Positions 1-8,172 of a stretch of DNA of 64,000 nt are shown here, piece by piece. The translations under genes were made by a program, and so were the position numbers. The stretch's first letter is position 1. Every line of letters starts with the position of its first letter. Source of the stretch: Rikenellaceae bacterium (lineage in GTDB: Bacteria > Bacteroidota > Bacteroidia > Bacteroidales > Rikenellaceae); the NCBI GenBank assembly GCA_015059785.1, contig SUZS01000006.1:1947-65946 (forward strand). The letters are read 5' to 3'. The notes under the pieces were generated by a model. The model saw only the letters and a program-made list of their open reading frames with translations, did not search any database and was not told the DNA's origin.

Positions 1-1
1 G

Positions 2-112
2 AACAAAATCTACCCTATCTCCACCGAGCAGGTTGCCGTTGCAGGCTACCGCATTGCCGCTCTGCTCAACTCACTGTTTGACCCTAACGCACCTCAAGTA
101 AAAATCAAATAG
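2..112 (+). CDS. S1/P1 nuclease family protein, C-terminal fragment (5' end outside the window)
   Basis: Not in the ORF track. The frame from nt 2 reads NKIYPISTEQVAVAGYRIAALLNSLFDPNAPQVKIK-stop (TAG 110-112), matching the C-terminal Q..AG.R.A..LN..F helix of the three downstream paralogues. Confidence 0.8.
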   Translation, partial: NKIYPISTEQVAVAGYRIAALLNSLFDPNAPQVKIK

Positions 113-114
113 CT

Positions 115-954
115 ATGAAACGACTCATATTAACACTTACCGCAATACTTACTATCGCTGCCACAACCGAGTGTTTTGCTTGGGGACGCGATGGTCACGC
201 AACAATCGCATATATTGCCGAGCGTCACCTCACGCCAAAGGCTAAGGAGAATATTGAAAAGTGCATTGACGGCCGAACAATCGTCTACTACGCCTCTTGG
301 CTTGACAATCATCGCGCCGAGCATAAATCTTGGGGTAGACTGAGCCATGTATGTCACTACGACATCCACTCTTTTGAGGCTATCGGCAGACCGCACAATT
401 ATATGAAGTCAACAATCAACAAGCTCAAGAACTACCGCGAGCTTCCTGACTCAGCGCTCAAAGTGACAATCTACCACTTTGTCCACTCTTTTGGCGACTA
501 CCACTGTCCTGGCCATGTTGCACTCTATGACCGCACAGGCGAGAAGACAAAGAGAATACATACCACAAGCTACGACTGCTATTTGGCTACAAAGAAGAGC
601 CGCTGGAACTACCACAAGCTCTGGGATGCGGGCATTATCCAGATTCTACACCCAGATTGGGGCTATATGGATTGGGCTCATGCACTTGATAGCTCAGTGT
701 CACAGGAGTATATTGACCGCGTCACAGCCGGCTCTTGGGAGGATTGGTTGCAGGATGTGGCAAAAACCACCCATACGGTCTACAACATCTTCAATCGCGT
801 TCCAAAGATTGAAAATGATAAGGATGCACCAGACAAAGAGCTCTCTGTTGTAAGCGGTCAAACGCTCAATGAGTATGGCGAGTATGCAGCCGAGCAGCTG
901 CTCAACGCTGGACTTAGAATGGCAAAGATTATTAACGAAATATTTGGAGAGTAA
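115..954 (+). CDS. Secreted S1/P1 nuclease family (tri-zinc) phosphoesterase
   Basis: Signal peptide then mature N-terminus WGRDGH; WLD, HSFGDYHCPGH, HKLWD zinc-ligand motifs; C-terminal AGLRMAKIINEIF. Confidence 0.9.
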   Translation: MKRLILTLTAILTIAATTECFAWGRDGHATIAYIAERHLTPKAKENIEKCIDGRTIVYYASWLDNHRAEHKSWGRLSHVCHYDIHSFEAIGRPHNYMKSTINKLKNYRELPDSALKVTIYHFVHSFGDYHCPGHVALYDRTGEKTKRIHTTSYDCYLATKKSRWNYHKLWDAGIIQILHPDWGYMDWAHALDSSVSQEYIDRVTAGSWEDWLQDVAKTTHTVYNIFNRVPKIENDKDAPDKELSVVSGQTLNEYGEYAAEQLLNAGLRMAKIINEIFGE

Positions 955-1766
955 TGAGACGAGTTACAACACTTGCAGTAGCACTTCTGCTCCTGCCTCA
1001 AATTGCCTTTGGCTGGGGTAGGTTGGGTCACAGAACTATTGCCGAGATTGCCGAGCGCAACCTTACACCAAAGGCAAAGGCTAATATTGAGAAGTATACT
1101 GGTGGCACACCACTTTGGAAGTATTCACTCTTTGTAGATGAGTATCGTAACCACCCAGACTACAAAAAGGCCCTTGAGGGTTTCCACGCATCTATCGCAG
1201 ATAGCGACTGCACCTCACCGCAGATTGTCCGCGACCGCTATCGTGGCGGCAAGGATGGTGTTACTGCGATGAACAACTTCCGCGACCAGCTCAAGGAGTA
1301 TAAGTCTCTACCAGACTCTGTTGTTCTCTACGCCATTAAGTGCATCTCGCACATTATTGCCGACTTTAACTGTCCAAGCCATGTTAGATATGTGGACAAT
1401 GCAAACAAGGGCGACTTTATGGCAATTTTCAACGGCAAGAAGGTGGGCGTACACCGTTTTTGGGACACTTGGCTCATTGAGTCACTGCAGAAGCAGAGGG
1501 GACAGAAGATAAATCATATGCTCTATGCCGACCACCTTAATGTTCTGTCAAAGAAGGAGATAAAGAAGATTACAAAGGGTTGGGCGCAGGAGTGGTTTGA
1601 GGATGCTGCACGCAGCTGCCGTCCTGTAATCTACTGGATAGACAACCGCACTATTGAGACAATGAATCAAGAGTTCCTTGACAAGGCAACTCCGCTTGTA
1701 GAGTCACAGATGCAGAAGGCGGGCTATCAGATGGCCGCAGCACTTAATGAAATATTTGGAAAGTAA
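954..1766 (+). CDS. Secreted S1/P1 nuclease family phosphoesterase
   Basis: Signal peptide, WGRLGH, FVD, HIIADFNCPSH, HRFWD, AGYQMAAALNEIF; TAATG overlap with the upstream gene. Confidence 0.9.
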   Translation: MRRVTTLAVALLLLPQIAFGWGRLGHRTIAEIAERNLTPKAKANIEKYTGGTPLWKYSLFVDEYRNHPDYKKALEGFHASIADSDCTSPQIVRDRYRGGKDGVTAMNNFRDQLKEYKSLPDSVVLYAIKCISHIIADFNCPSHVRYVDNANKGDFMAIFNGKKVGVHRFWDTWLIESLQKQRGQKINHMLYADHLNVLSKKEIKKITKGWAQEWFEDAARSCRPVIYWIDNRTIETMNQEFLDKATPLVESQMQKAGYQMAAALNEIFGK

Positions 1767-1767
1767 T

Positions 1768-2571
1768 ATGAAAAAGACACTGCTTATTCTTCTCGCCTTC
1801 GCCATTCCACAACTTGCTATGGCGTGGGGATATGTTGGACATAAAGCTATTGCCGAGATTGCCGAGCGAAATCTTACTCCAAAGGCGAAGGCTAATATTG
1901 AGCGTTATACTGGCGGCACTCCGCTGCACGAGTACTCACTATGGATGGACGAGGTTGTGGCTACACAGCCATATAAGACAGCCCTTGCTGGCTGGCACGC
2001 ATCTATCGCCGATGTAGACTGCACAAGTCCTAAGATTATCCGCGAGCGTTACCGTAAGAGCCGCGATGGCGTGACCGCTATGGAGGATTTCCGCGTTCAA
2101 CTGAAGGATTATCAGTCACTTTCAGACTCTACAGTCCTTACAGCCATTAAGTGTATCGTCCATATCGTTGCTGACTTCCACTGCCCAACACATATGCGCT
2201 TTGTAGACCTTCATAACGAGGGTAAATATGCTGTTGATTTCCTCGGTCAGCGTTGGGACTACCATGCAGTGTGGGACACAGGCATTGTTGAGGCTTACCA
2301 TAAGGGGTGGGACTACAGCAAGTATGCTGACCACCTCAATACATTGCAGAGCAAGGATATCAAGCGTATTACAAAGGGCTGGGCTCAGCAGTGGTTTGAG
2401 GATAGCTGCTGTCAGGTGCGCCCTATAATCTACTGGGTAGTAAACGACGGTAAGAGAATTGAGACGCTCGATATGAAGTTCGTAGAGCGTTGCGGACCAT
2501 TAGCCGAGAGCCAGATGCAGAGAGCGGGCTATCGCCTTGCAGCTGCGCTGAACACAATTTTTGGTAAATAA
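1768..2571 (+). CDS. Secreted S1/P1 nuclease family phosphoesterase
   Basis: Start moved to ATG 1768 (MKKTLLILL signal peptide). WGYVGH, WMD, HIVADFHCPTH, HAVWD, AGYRLAAALNTIF. Confidence 0.9.
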   Translation: MKKTLLILLAFAIPQLAMAWGYVGHKAIAEIAERNLTPKAKANIERYTGGTPLHEYSLWMDEVVATQPYKTALAGWHASIADVDCTSPKIIRERYRKSRDGVTAMEDFRVQLKDYQSLSDSTVLTAIKCIVHIVADFHCPTHMRFVDLHNEGKYAVDFLGQRWDYHAVWDTGIVEAYHKGWDYSKYADHLNTLQSKDIKRITKGWAQQWFEDSCCQVRPIIYWVVNDGKRIETLDMKFVERCGPLAESQMQRAGYRLAAALNTIFGK

Positions 2572-2596
2572 AATAACCTTAAAACAATAAACTAAA

Positions 2597-3772
2597 ATGA
2601 AAAAACTATTTTTTGCTCTTTTGGCACTTCTGCCAATTAGTGCCTTTGCACAGTACAACCCTGAGACCCTGCGCACAGCCGTTGCACAGCCTGCACAGCG
2701 CGTTGAGTTTATTCTTCCAGTTGTAAACGGTTATAACATCTACAAGGCTGACCTTCACACCCACTCTATCTACTCTGATGGCGAGACTACCCCTGCCTTC
2801 CGTGTTCGTGAGGCTTACTACGATGGTCTTGACGCTATCGCCATTACCGAGCACATTGAGTATCGCCGTATTGAGGGTAAGATGCTTAAGTTTGTCAAGG
2901 GTTACACCGACGGCAAGGCTCTTAAGGCTGAGAATACCGACCTTATCCGCAATGATATTTCTGAGCGCGGCATTCTTGCAGACCTTAACTATCCTGTAAG
3001 TGAGGCTGTTAAGGAGAGTAAGAAGTATGGCGTTCTTGTTATCCCTGGTGCAGAGATTACTCGCGAGCCAGTGAAGATTGGACACTACAACGCTCTGTTT
3101 ACAAAGGATAACAACGCTATCTACGACCCAGACCCAATCGAGAGCATTCGTAAGGCTCGCAAGCAGGGCGCACTTATCCAGCACAACCACCCAGGTTGGC
3201 GTCGTACCACTTGCGCAAAGACCGAGTTTGAGAAGACAGTCTATGCTGAGGGGCTTATTGACGGTATTGAGGTTGCCAATGGAGGCTCACTCTACCTACC
3301 TATTATAGAGCGCGCACGCGAGGATAACCTCTTCGTTGCTGCAAATACAGATATCCACCCTACCACTGCTGAGTACTACCGTCTGAAGGGTCAGCACCGT
3401 AATATGACACTTATCTTCGCTAAGGAGTGTACTCTTAAGGGTCTGCGTGAGGCACTTGAGGCAAAGCGTACTCTTGCATGCTCTGGCGGCTATATCTGCG
3501 GCGACGAGCAGCTTCTTAAGGACCTTTTCCTTGCAAGTGTTAAGTGGGAGGTTATCGGAACTGACAAGAAGGGAGTTCGCACCGTTCGTCTTACAAATAT
3601 GTGCTCATTCACATACCAGTATAAGACCTCAAAGAATGCACTGCCAGTAAACCTGTTGCCATTCCAGAGCATCCAGCTCAATGTTGCAAAGGATAAGAAC
3701 CTGAAGCTTACAATTACAAGCATGCTATGCGGTGATATGGTACACCCTACAGTTGCTATTGATGTAAAATAG
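2597..3772 (+). CDS. Secreted PHP-domain metallophosphoesterase (histidinol-phosphatase/PHP superfamily)
   Basis: Signal peptide (AFA-Q); DLHTHSIYSDG, AITEH, GHYNALF, HNHPGW, IEVAN, NTDIH PHP motifs. Confidence 0.85.
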   Translation: MKKLFFALLALLPISAFAQYNPETLRTAVAQPAQRVEFILPVVNGYNIYKADLHTHSIYSDGETTPAFRVREAYYDGLDAIAITEHIEYRRIEGKMLKFVKGYTDGKALKAENTDLIRNDISERGILADLNYPVSEAVKESKKYGVLVIPGAEITREPVKIGHYNALFTKDNNAIYDPDPIESIRKARKQGALIQHNHPGWRRTTCAKTEFEKTVYAEGLIDGIEVANGGSLYLPIIERAREDNLFVAANTDIHPTTAEYYRLKGQHRNMTLIFAKECTLKGLREALEAKRTLACSGGYICGDEQLLKDLFLASVKWEVIGTDKKGVRTVRLTNMCSFTYQYKTSKNALPVNLLPFQSIQLNVAKDKNLKLTITSMLCGDMVHPTVAIDVK

Positions 3773-3795
3773 CCTGATACTAAAAACATTAACAG

Positions 3796-3825
3796 AAACG
3801 CCCTGCGGGGCGTTTTTTATTTTTT
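3796..3825 (+). terminator. Intrinsic terminator of the S1/P1-PHP operon
   Basis: AAACGCCC-TGCG-GGGCGTTT hairpin followed by a T tract. Confidence 0.85.
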
Positions 3826-3849
3826 GCTCAAAAAAAAGTCTAAAAAATG

Positions 3850-3880
3850 TTTGATATTTAGAATAAATTTACTATTTTTG
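3850..3880 (+). promoter_or_regulatory. Bacteroidetes sigma-A type promoter for the large lipoprotein gene
   Basis: TTTG (3850-3853), 19 nt spacer, TATTTTTG (3873-3880) = -33/-7 consensus TTTG-N19-21-TAnnTTTG. Confidence 0.65.
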
Positions 3881-4023
3881 TTCGCTGCATAGAGTGTACA
3901 ATTACGAAAAAAAGAACACTTTTTGCACAAAACACCACCATAGATAGGTTTGTGGCAGATTTTCTGCTACACTATTTTGATTTTGAAGCTTTTTTAACCA
4001 TTTAATTTTTATAACAAAGCACT

Positions 4024-7000
4024 ATGAAAAACATTTTTCGCTTTCTGATGGCTGTGGCTGTTCTGTTCACAGCATCTTGTACCAAGGAGGATGTATCATC
4101 TTCTATTGGTGGCGGTGAGGTTGAGCTAACCTTTACTGCTAATCTTGCCGATATGGGCACTCGTCTCTATGGCGACGGCTCGAAGGCTAATGTAGTCTAT
4201 GTTGGTGTTTACGAGGCTGGTCAGAAGACCCCACTACAGCTCGTTGACTACACTGAGGGCTACCCTGTAACTAACGGCAAGGCTACTATCACTGTTGTTC
4301 TTTTGAAGGACAAGGTCTACGACCTCGTTTTCTGGGCTCAGAACAAGGCTCAGGGTTGCTATGGCCGTAACTGGGAGGATCGTTCTATCACCGTAAACTA
4401 TGGCGGTGCACTCTCACAGGACGAGACTCGCGACGCATTCTTCCTTGTAAAGAACGGTTTCAAGGCTGGTCACGATGAGACAGTGTTTGAGCTTCGTCGT
4501 CCATTTGCACAGCTCCGCGCTGGTATCAGCGAGGCTGACTACGACTATGTTGAGGCTAACGGCTCTGCTGGTATCGCTACAAGTCAGGCTGTTATTAAGG
4601 GCGTAGCTAATGTTCTTAGCCTTAACAATGAGACTGCTGAGGTTTATGGCGATGTAACTGCTACTTTTGGCGTAGCTGCTGTTGCTGCTGGTGACGATGA
4701 GAAGTTCACTGTAAACGGTGCTGACTACTATCAGCTCTCAATGAACTATCTGCTTGTTAGAGAGAAGACCCTTGTTGATGTAACTTACACATTTGCAGAC
4801 GACAACACTGCTTACACTCGTCCATACTACAATGTGCCAGTACAGCGCAACTACCGCACAAACATCATCGGTCAGCTTATCTCAAGCCCTATGGACTTCA
4901 CAGTTATCATCAAGCCTGAGTTCGAGGGCGAGCACACTGTTGAGGTTTGGGATGGCGAGAGCGTTGCAAAGCCAGACTATGACGAGTCAACAAAGACCTA
5001 TACTGTTGACGATCCTAAGGAGCTTGCTTGGATTGCACAGCTTGTAAATGGTACACTTCCTGCTGCTTCACGCGCAGATTACGCTCCAGCAGAGACTCTT
5101 CAGGGTGTTACTATTAACATTACAGAGGACCTTGACCTCGGTGGTAACGAGTGGTTGCCAATCGGTGGTAAGGGTAAGCAGTTCAAGGGTACTCTTAATG
5201 GTAACGACCACATTGTAAGCAACTTCCAGGTTACAAGACAGGAGGGTTATGCAGCTCTTATCGGTAACTTGTATGGAGGAGCTGTTAAGAACCTCACAGT
5301 TAGAGGCGTGAAGATTGTTGCTAATCACTATGCTGGTGCTATCGTTGGTCAGGGTTATGCAAAGATTGACAACTGCCACGCAGAGAATGTTGAGATTACT
5401 CTTACTACCAAGAATGGCGACTGGGGCGACAAGGCTGGTGCTATTATCGGTCAGAACTGCGAGGGTGGTATGTATGTAAAGAACAGCTCTGCAAACAATG
5501 TAGTTATCAAGGGTTACCGCGACCTTGGTGGTATCGCAGGTATGGCTCAATACGGCAATACCGTTTCTGGTTGCTCTGTTGACAACCTTACTATTCTTCA
5601 GGATCTGTCTGTAGACTATGAGAACACTACTCCATCTACTCTTGATGCTGTTGTAGGTCGTCTTGGTAGCAAAAATGGTGTATCTGTTACTCTTGAGAAC
5701 AACACTGTAGGCGAGAATATCGTTATTTCAAGCGTTGTAAACAGCGCTGCAGAGCTTCAGGCTGCTGTTGAGAGAACAAACCCTAATATCTCTGTTGTTC
5801 TTGGTAAGGACATCAAGGGCGATGTAACTATCCCACAGAGCGAGGGTGTACAGATTACTATCAACGGTAACAATCACAACTATGATGGTGTTATTACAGT
5901 AGATGGTAAGAGTGGTACTTTCCTTACTGCTGCTCTTACAATTAAGGATGTAAACTTCAATGCTGAGTCTATCTCTGCTGATGCTTGTATCAACTTGGGT
6001 GCAAGTGGCAACAATAACACTCGCTACACTTGCAATGTAACAGTAGACAAGTGTACATTTGATGTTGCGGGTGCTGTAGGTGTTAAGTCATACACTGGTG
6101 GCGATAAGAATCTGACTATCTCTAACTCTACTGCTACTGCAAAGGCACACTCATTGGTTCAGGCAAAGGGTATTGACGGAATCCTTGTTGAGGGCTGTAA
6201 GGTATACTCAAAGAATGGTTTGAACTTCAACAATAGTGATAATGTTACTGTTGAGCAGTGCGAGGTTGCTGTAAGGGGCTATGCTGTTCGCTACGGTGAG
6301 AGCAGTGGCGGTGTTGGTGCAGCAGAGAAGTACTGGATTAAGAATAGCTCACTCAGCTCTACTGGCGAGGAGGGTGACGCAGTTGTTGTTCTCCGTGGTA
6401 CTGCTGACTACGCTACTCTTAACATTGAGAATACAACCCTTTCAGGTGACCCACAGATTACTAACAATGCTACTGGTGCAGTTGTAATTATTGACGGTGT
6501 AGCTAATGTTTCTGAGGGTGCTGCGCTTCAGGCAGCACTTCAGTCTGTAAGTGATGCAACAATCAACCTTGAGGCAGGTGTAAACTATGAGGCTGTAACT
6601 GTAGGTGAGCTTAAGGATGTTACAATCAACGGTGCAGAGGGTTCTGTAATGATTTTCAAGACAAATGCTAACACAAAGCTTGAGAATGTTACTCTTAACG
6701 GCGTAAAGTTTGAGTACACAGGTGCTACTGCAGATTGCGGTATTGTTCTTGACGCTAACGCTCAGATTGACAACCTCGTTATTGATGGTTGTACTGTTGT
6801 AGGTACTGGCGCAAAGGCTGGTCGTGGTCTGTCTGGTTATAACAATAACGCTACTATTGTTATCAAGAACACTACATTTAAGGATTTGGGTTATCCAATC
6901 TACGCTTGGGGTGGCTACAAGGCTCTTACTATTGAGAATTGCACATTTGAGAACATCAAGTCTTGGGCTGTTATGCCACAGAGCGGTTTTGATGGTGATT

Positions 7001-7236
7001 TGACTGTTTCAGGTTGTAACTTTGTAAATTGCCTCGGTGGTGGTCTTGTTAAGGCTGGTAAGCTCACTGCAGATCACACATTCACATTCACTAACAACAC
7101 TATCACTGGCTGCACAATCGCAGGAGACCACAATTGGTTCCAGTTCAATGTTTCTGCTGGTACTTCTGTTATCAGCGGTAACACAAAGGACGGTGCTGCT
7201 TGGACTCCAGGTGCAGCAGATGGTCTTACTTTATAA
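4024..7236 (+). CDS. Large surface lipoprotein: DUF6562/fimbrillin-like N-terminus plus beta-helix (GLUG/pectin-lyase-like) repeats
   Basis: Lipobox TAS-C with acidic tail (CTKED); LVFWAQ, RDAFF, LRRPFAQL and VPVQRNYRTNIIG motifs; later GAIVG/GGIAG and N-C-T-F type solenoid repeats. Confidence 0.7.
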   Translation: MKNIFRFLMAVAVLFTASCTKEDVSSSIGGGEVELTFTANLADMGTRLYGDGSKANVVYVGVYEAGQKTPLQLVDYTEGYPVTNGKATITVVLLKDKVYDLVFWAQNKAQGCYGRNWEDRSITVNYGGALSQDETRDAFFLVKNGFKAGHDETVFELRRPFAQLRAGISEADYDYVEANGSAGIATSQAVIKGVANVLSLNNETAEVYGDVTATFGVAAVAAGDDEKFTVNGADYYQLSMNYLLVREKTLVDVTYTFADDNTAYTRPYYNVPVQRNYRTNIIGQLISSPMDFTVIIKPEFEGEHTVEVWDGESVAKPDYDESTKTYTVDDPKELAWIAQLVNGTLPAASRADYAPAETLQGVTINITEDLDLGGNEWLPIGGKGKQFKGTLNGNDHIVSNFQVTRQEGYAALIGNLYGGAVKNLTVRGVKIVANHYAGAIVGQGYAKIDNCHAENVEITLTTKNGDWGDKAGAIIGQNCEGGMYVKNSSANNVVIKGYRDLGGIAGMAQYGNTVSGCSVDNLTILQDLSVDYENTTPSTLDAVVGRLGSKNGVSVTLENNTVGENIVISSVVNSAAELQAAVERTNPNISVVLGKDIKGDVTIPQSEGVQITINGNNHNYDGVITVDGKSGTFLTAALTIKDVNFNAESISADACINLGASGNNNTRYTCNVTVDKCTFDVAGAVGVKSYTGGDKNLTISNSTATAKAHSLVQAKGIDGILVEGCKVYSKNGLNFNNSDNVTVEQCEVAVRGYAVRYGESSGGVGAAEKYWIKNSSLSSTGEEGDAVVVLRGTADYATLNIENTTLSGDPQITNNATGAVVIIDGVANVSEGAALQAALQSVSDATINLEAGVNYEAVTVGELKDVTINGAEGSVMIFKTNANTKLENVTLNGVKFEYTGATADCGIVLDANAQIDNLVIDGCTVVGTGAKAGRGLSGYNNNATIVIKNTTFKDLGYPIYAWGGYKALTIENCTFENIKSWAVMPQSGFDGDLTVSGCNFVNCLGGGLVKAGKLTADHTFTFTNNTITGCTIAGDHNWFQFNVSAGTSVISGNTKDGAAWTPGAADGLTL

Positions 7237-7256
7237 ACTTTATAGAGTAATAAAAC

Positions 7257-7290
7257 AAGAGGTCGCTTGGTTAAGCGACCTCTTATTTTG
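7257..7290. terminator. Probable bidirectional intrinsic terminator
   Basis: 12-bp perfect stem AAGAGGTCGCTT/AAGCGACCTCTT between convergent genes. Confidence 0.8.
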
Positions 7291-7305
7291 TTGATATTAA
7301 GGATA

Positions 7306-8172
7306 TTATCTCTTAAATCTATAGTATGTACCGAGTGGGAGTTCTTTGCCGGCATTATCCTCAAAGTAGAGCTCTCCGCACTGCTCAAACTTAGGCGTTC
7401 CAAAGCACTGTCTTACGGCTGTGCGGGCAAGGGTAGACGAGAGGCCCATAGAGTAGAGGTTTAGCACCAAAAAGGCGTTACTCCTCTCAAGCAGCTCGGC
7501 GCAGCACTCAAGCATCTGGGTAATATTCTGTTCAAGCACCCACTTCTCGCCATTTGCACCACGACCATAAGCAGGCGGGTCAAGGATTATTCCGTTATAC
7601 CTATTTACCCTACGCACCTCGCGCTGCACAAACTTCAGCGCATCCTCAACAATCCATCGTACGCCACTAAGCCCACTTGTCTCCATATTTTCGCGCGACC
7701 AAGTGACAACTTGCTTTACCGAGTCAACATGGGTAACATCCGCCCCCGCGGCCCTTGCTGCAAGTGTTGCGCCGCCCGTATAAGCAAAGAGGTTTAGCAC
7801 CTTGGCGCCCTTAATCTCTTTGCAGCAGTCGTAGATAAAGTTCCAGTTTGCCGCCTGCTCAGGAAATATTCCCACATGCTTAAACGAGGTAAGTCCTAAT
7901 CGCATACTAAGGTGCATATCCTTATAGTCATACCTTACGCTCCAGCGCGAAGGCATCTTAGGCTTAAGTCTCCACTCGCCGCGCTCCTCGCTCTTTGCAT
8001 CGCGCAGAAAAGAGGCATCGGCAGTCTCTGCCCACTGCTGCTCTGTAAGGCTCTTGCGCCAGATAGCCTGCGGCTCAGGTCGGCGAAGTGTATAGCCACC
8101 AAAGCGCTCAAGCTTCTCGCCCTCGCCCGTATCTATAAGGGTATAGTCAGAAAAAATAGTCTTTATATTCAT
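7306..8172 (-). CDS. Class I SAM-dependent methyltransferase, RlmI/RlmK-like
   Basis: HVGIFPEQ, VLNLFAYTGG, HVD, IILDPPAYG motifs; start placed at 8172 (ATGA overlap with the U32 gene). Confidence 0.85.
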   Translation of the reverse strand: MNIKTIFSDYTLIDTGEGEKLERFGGYTLRRPEPQAIWRKSLTEQQWAETADASFLRDAKSEERGEWRLKPKMPSRWSVRYDYKDMHLSMRLGLTSFKHVGIFPEQAANWNFIYDCCKEIKGAKVLNLFAYTGGATLAARAAGADVTHVDSVKQVVTWSRENMETSGLSGVRWIVEDALKFVQREVRRVNRYNGIILDPPAYGRGANGEKWVLEQNITQMLECCAELLERSNAFLVLNLYSMGLSSTLARTAVRQCFGTPKFEQCGELYFEDNAGKELPLGTYYRFKR

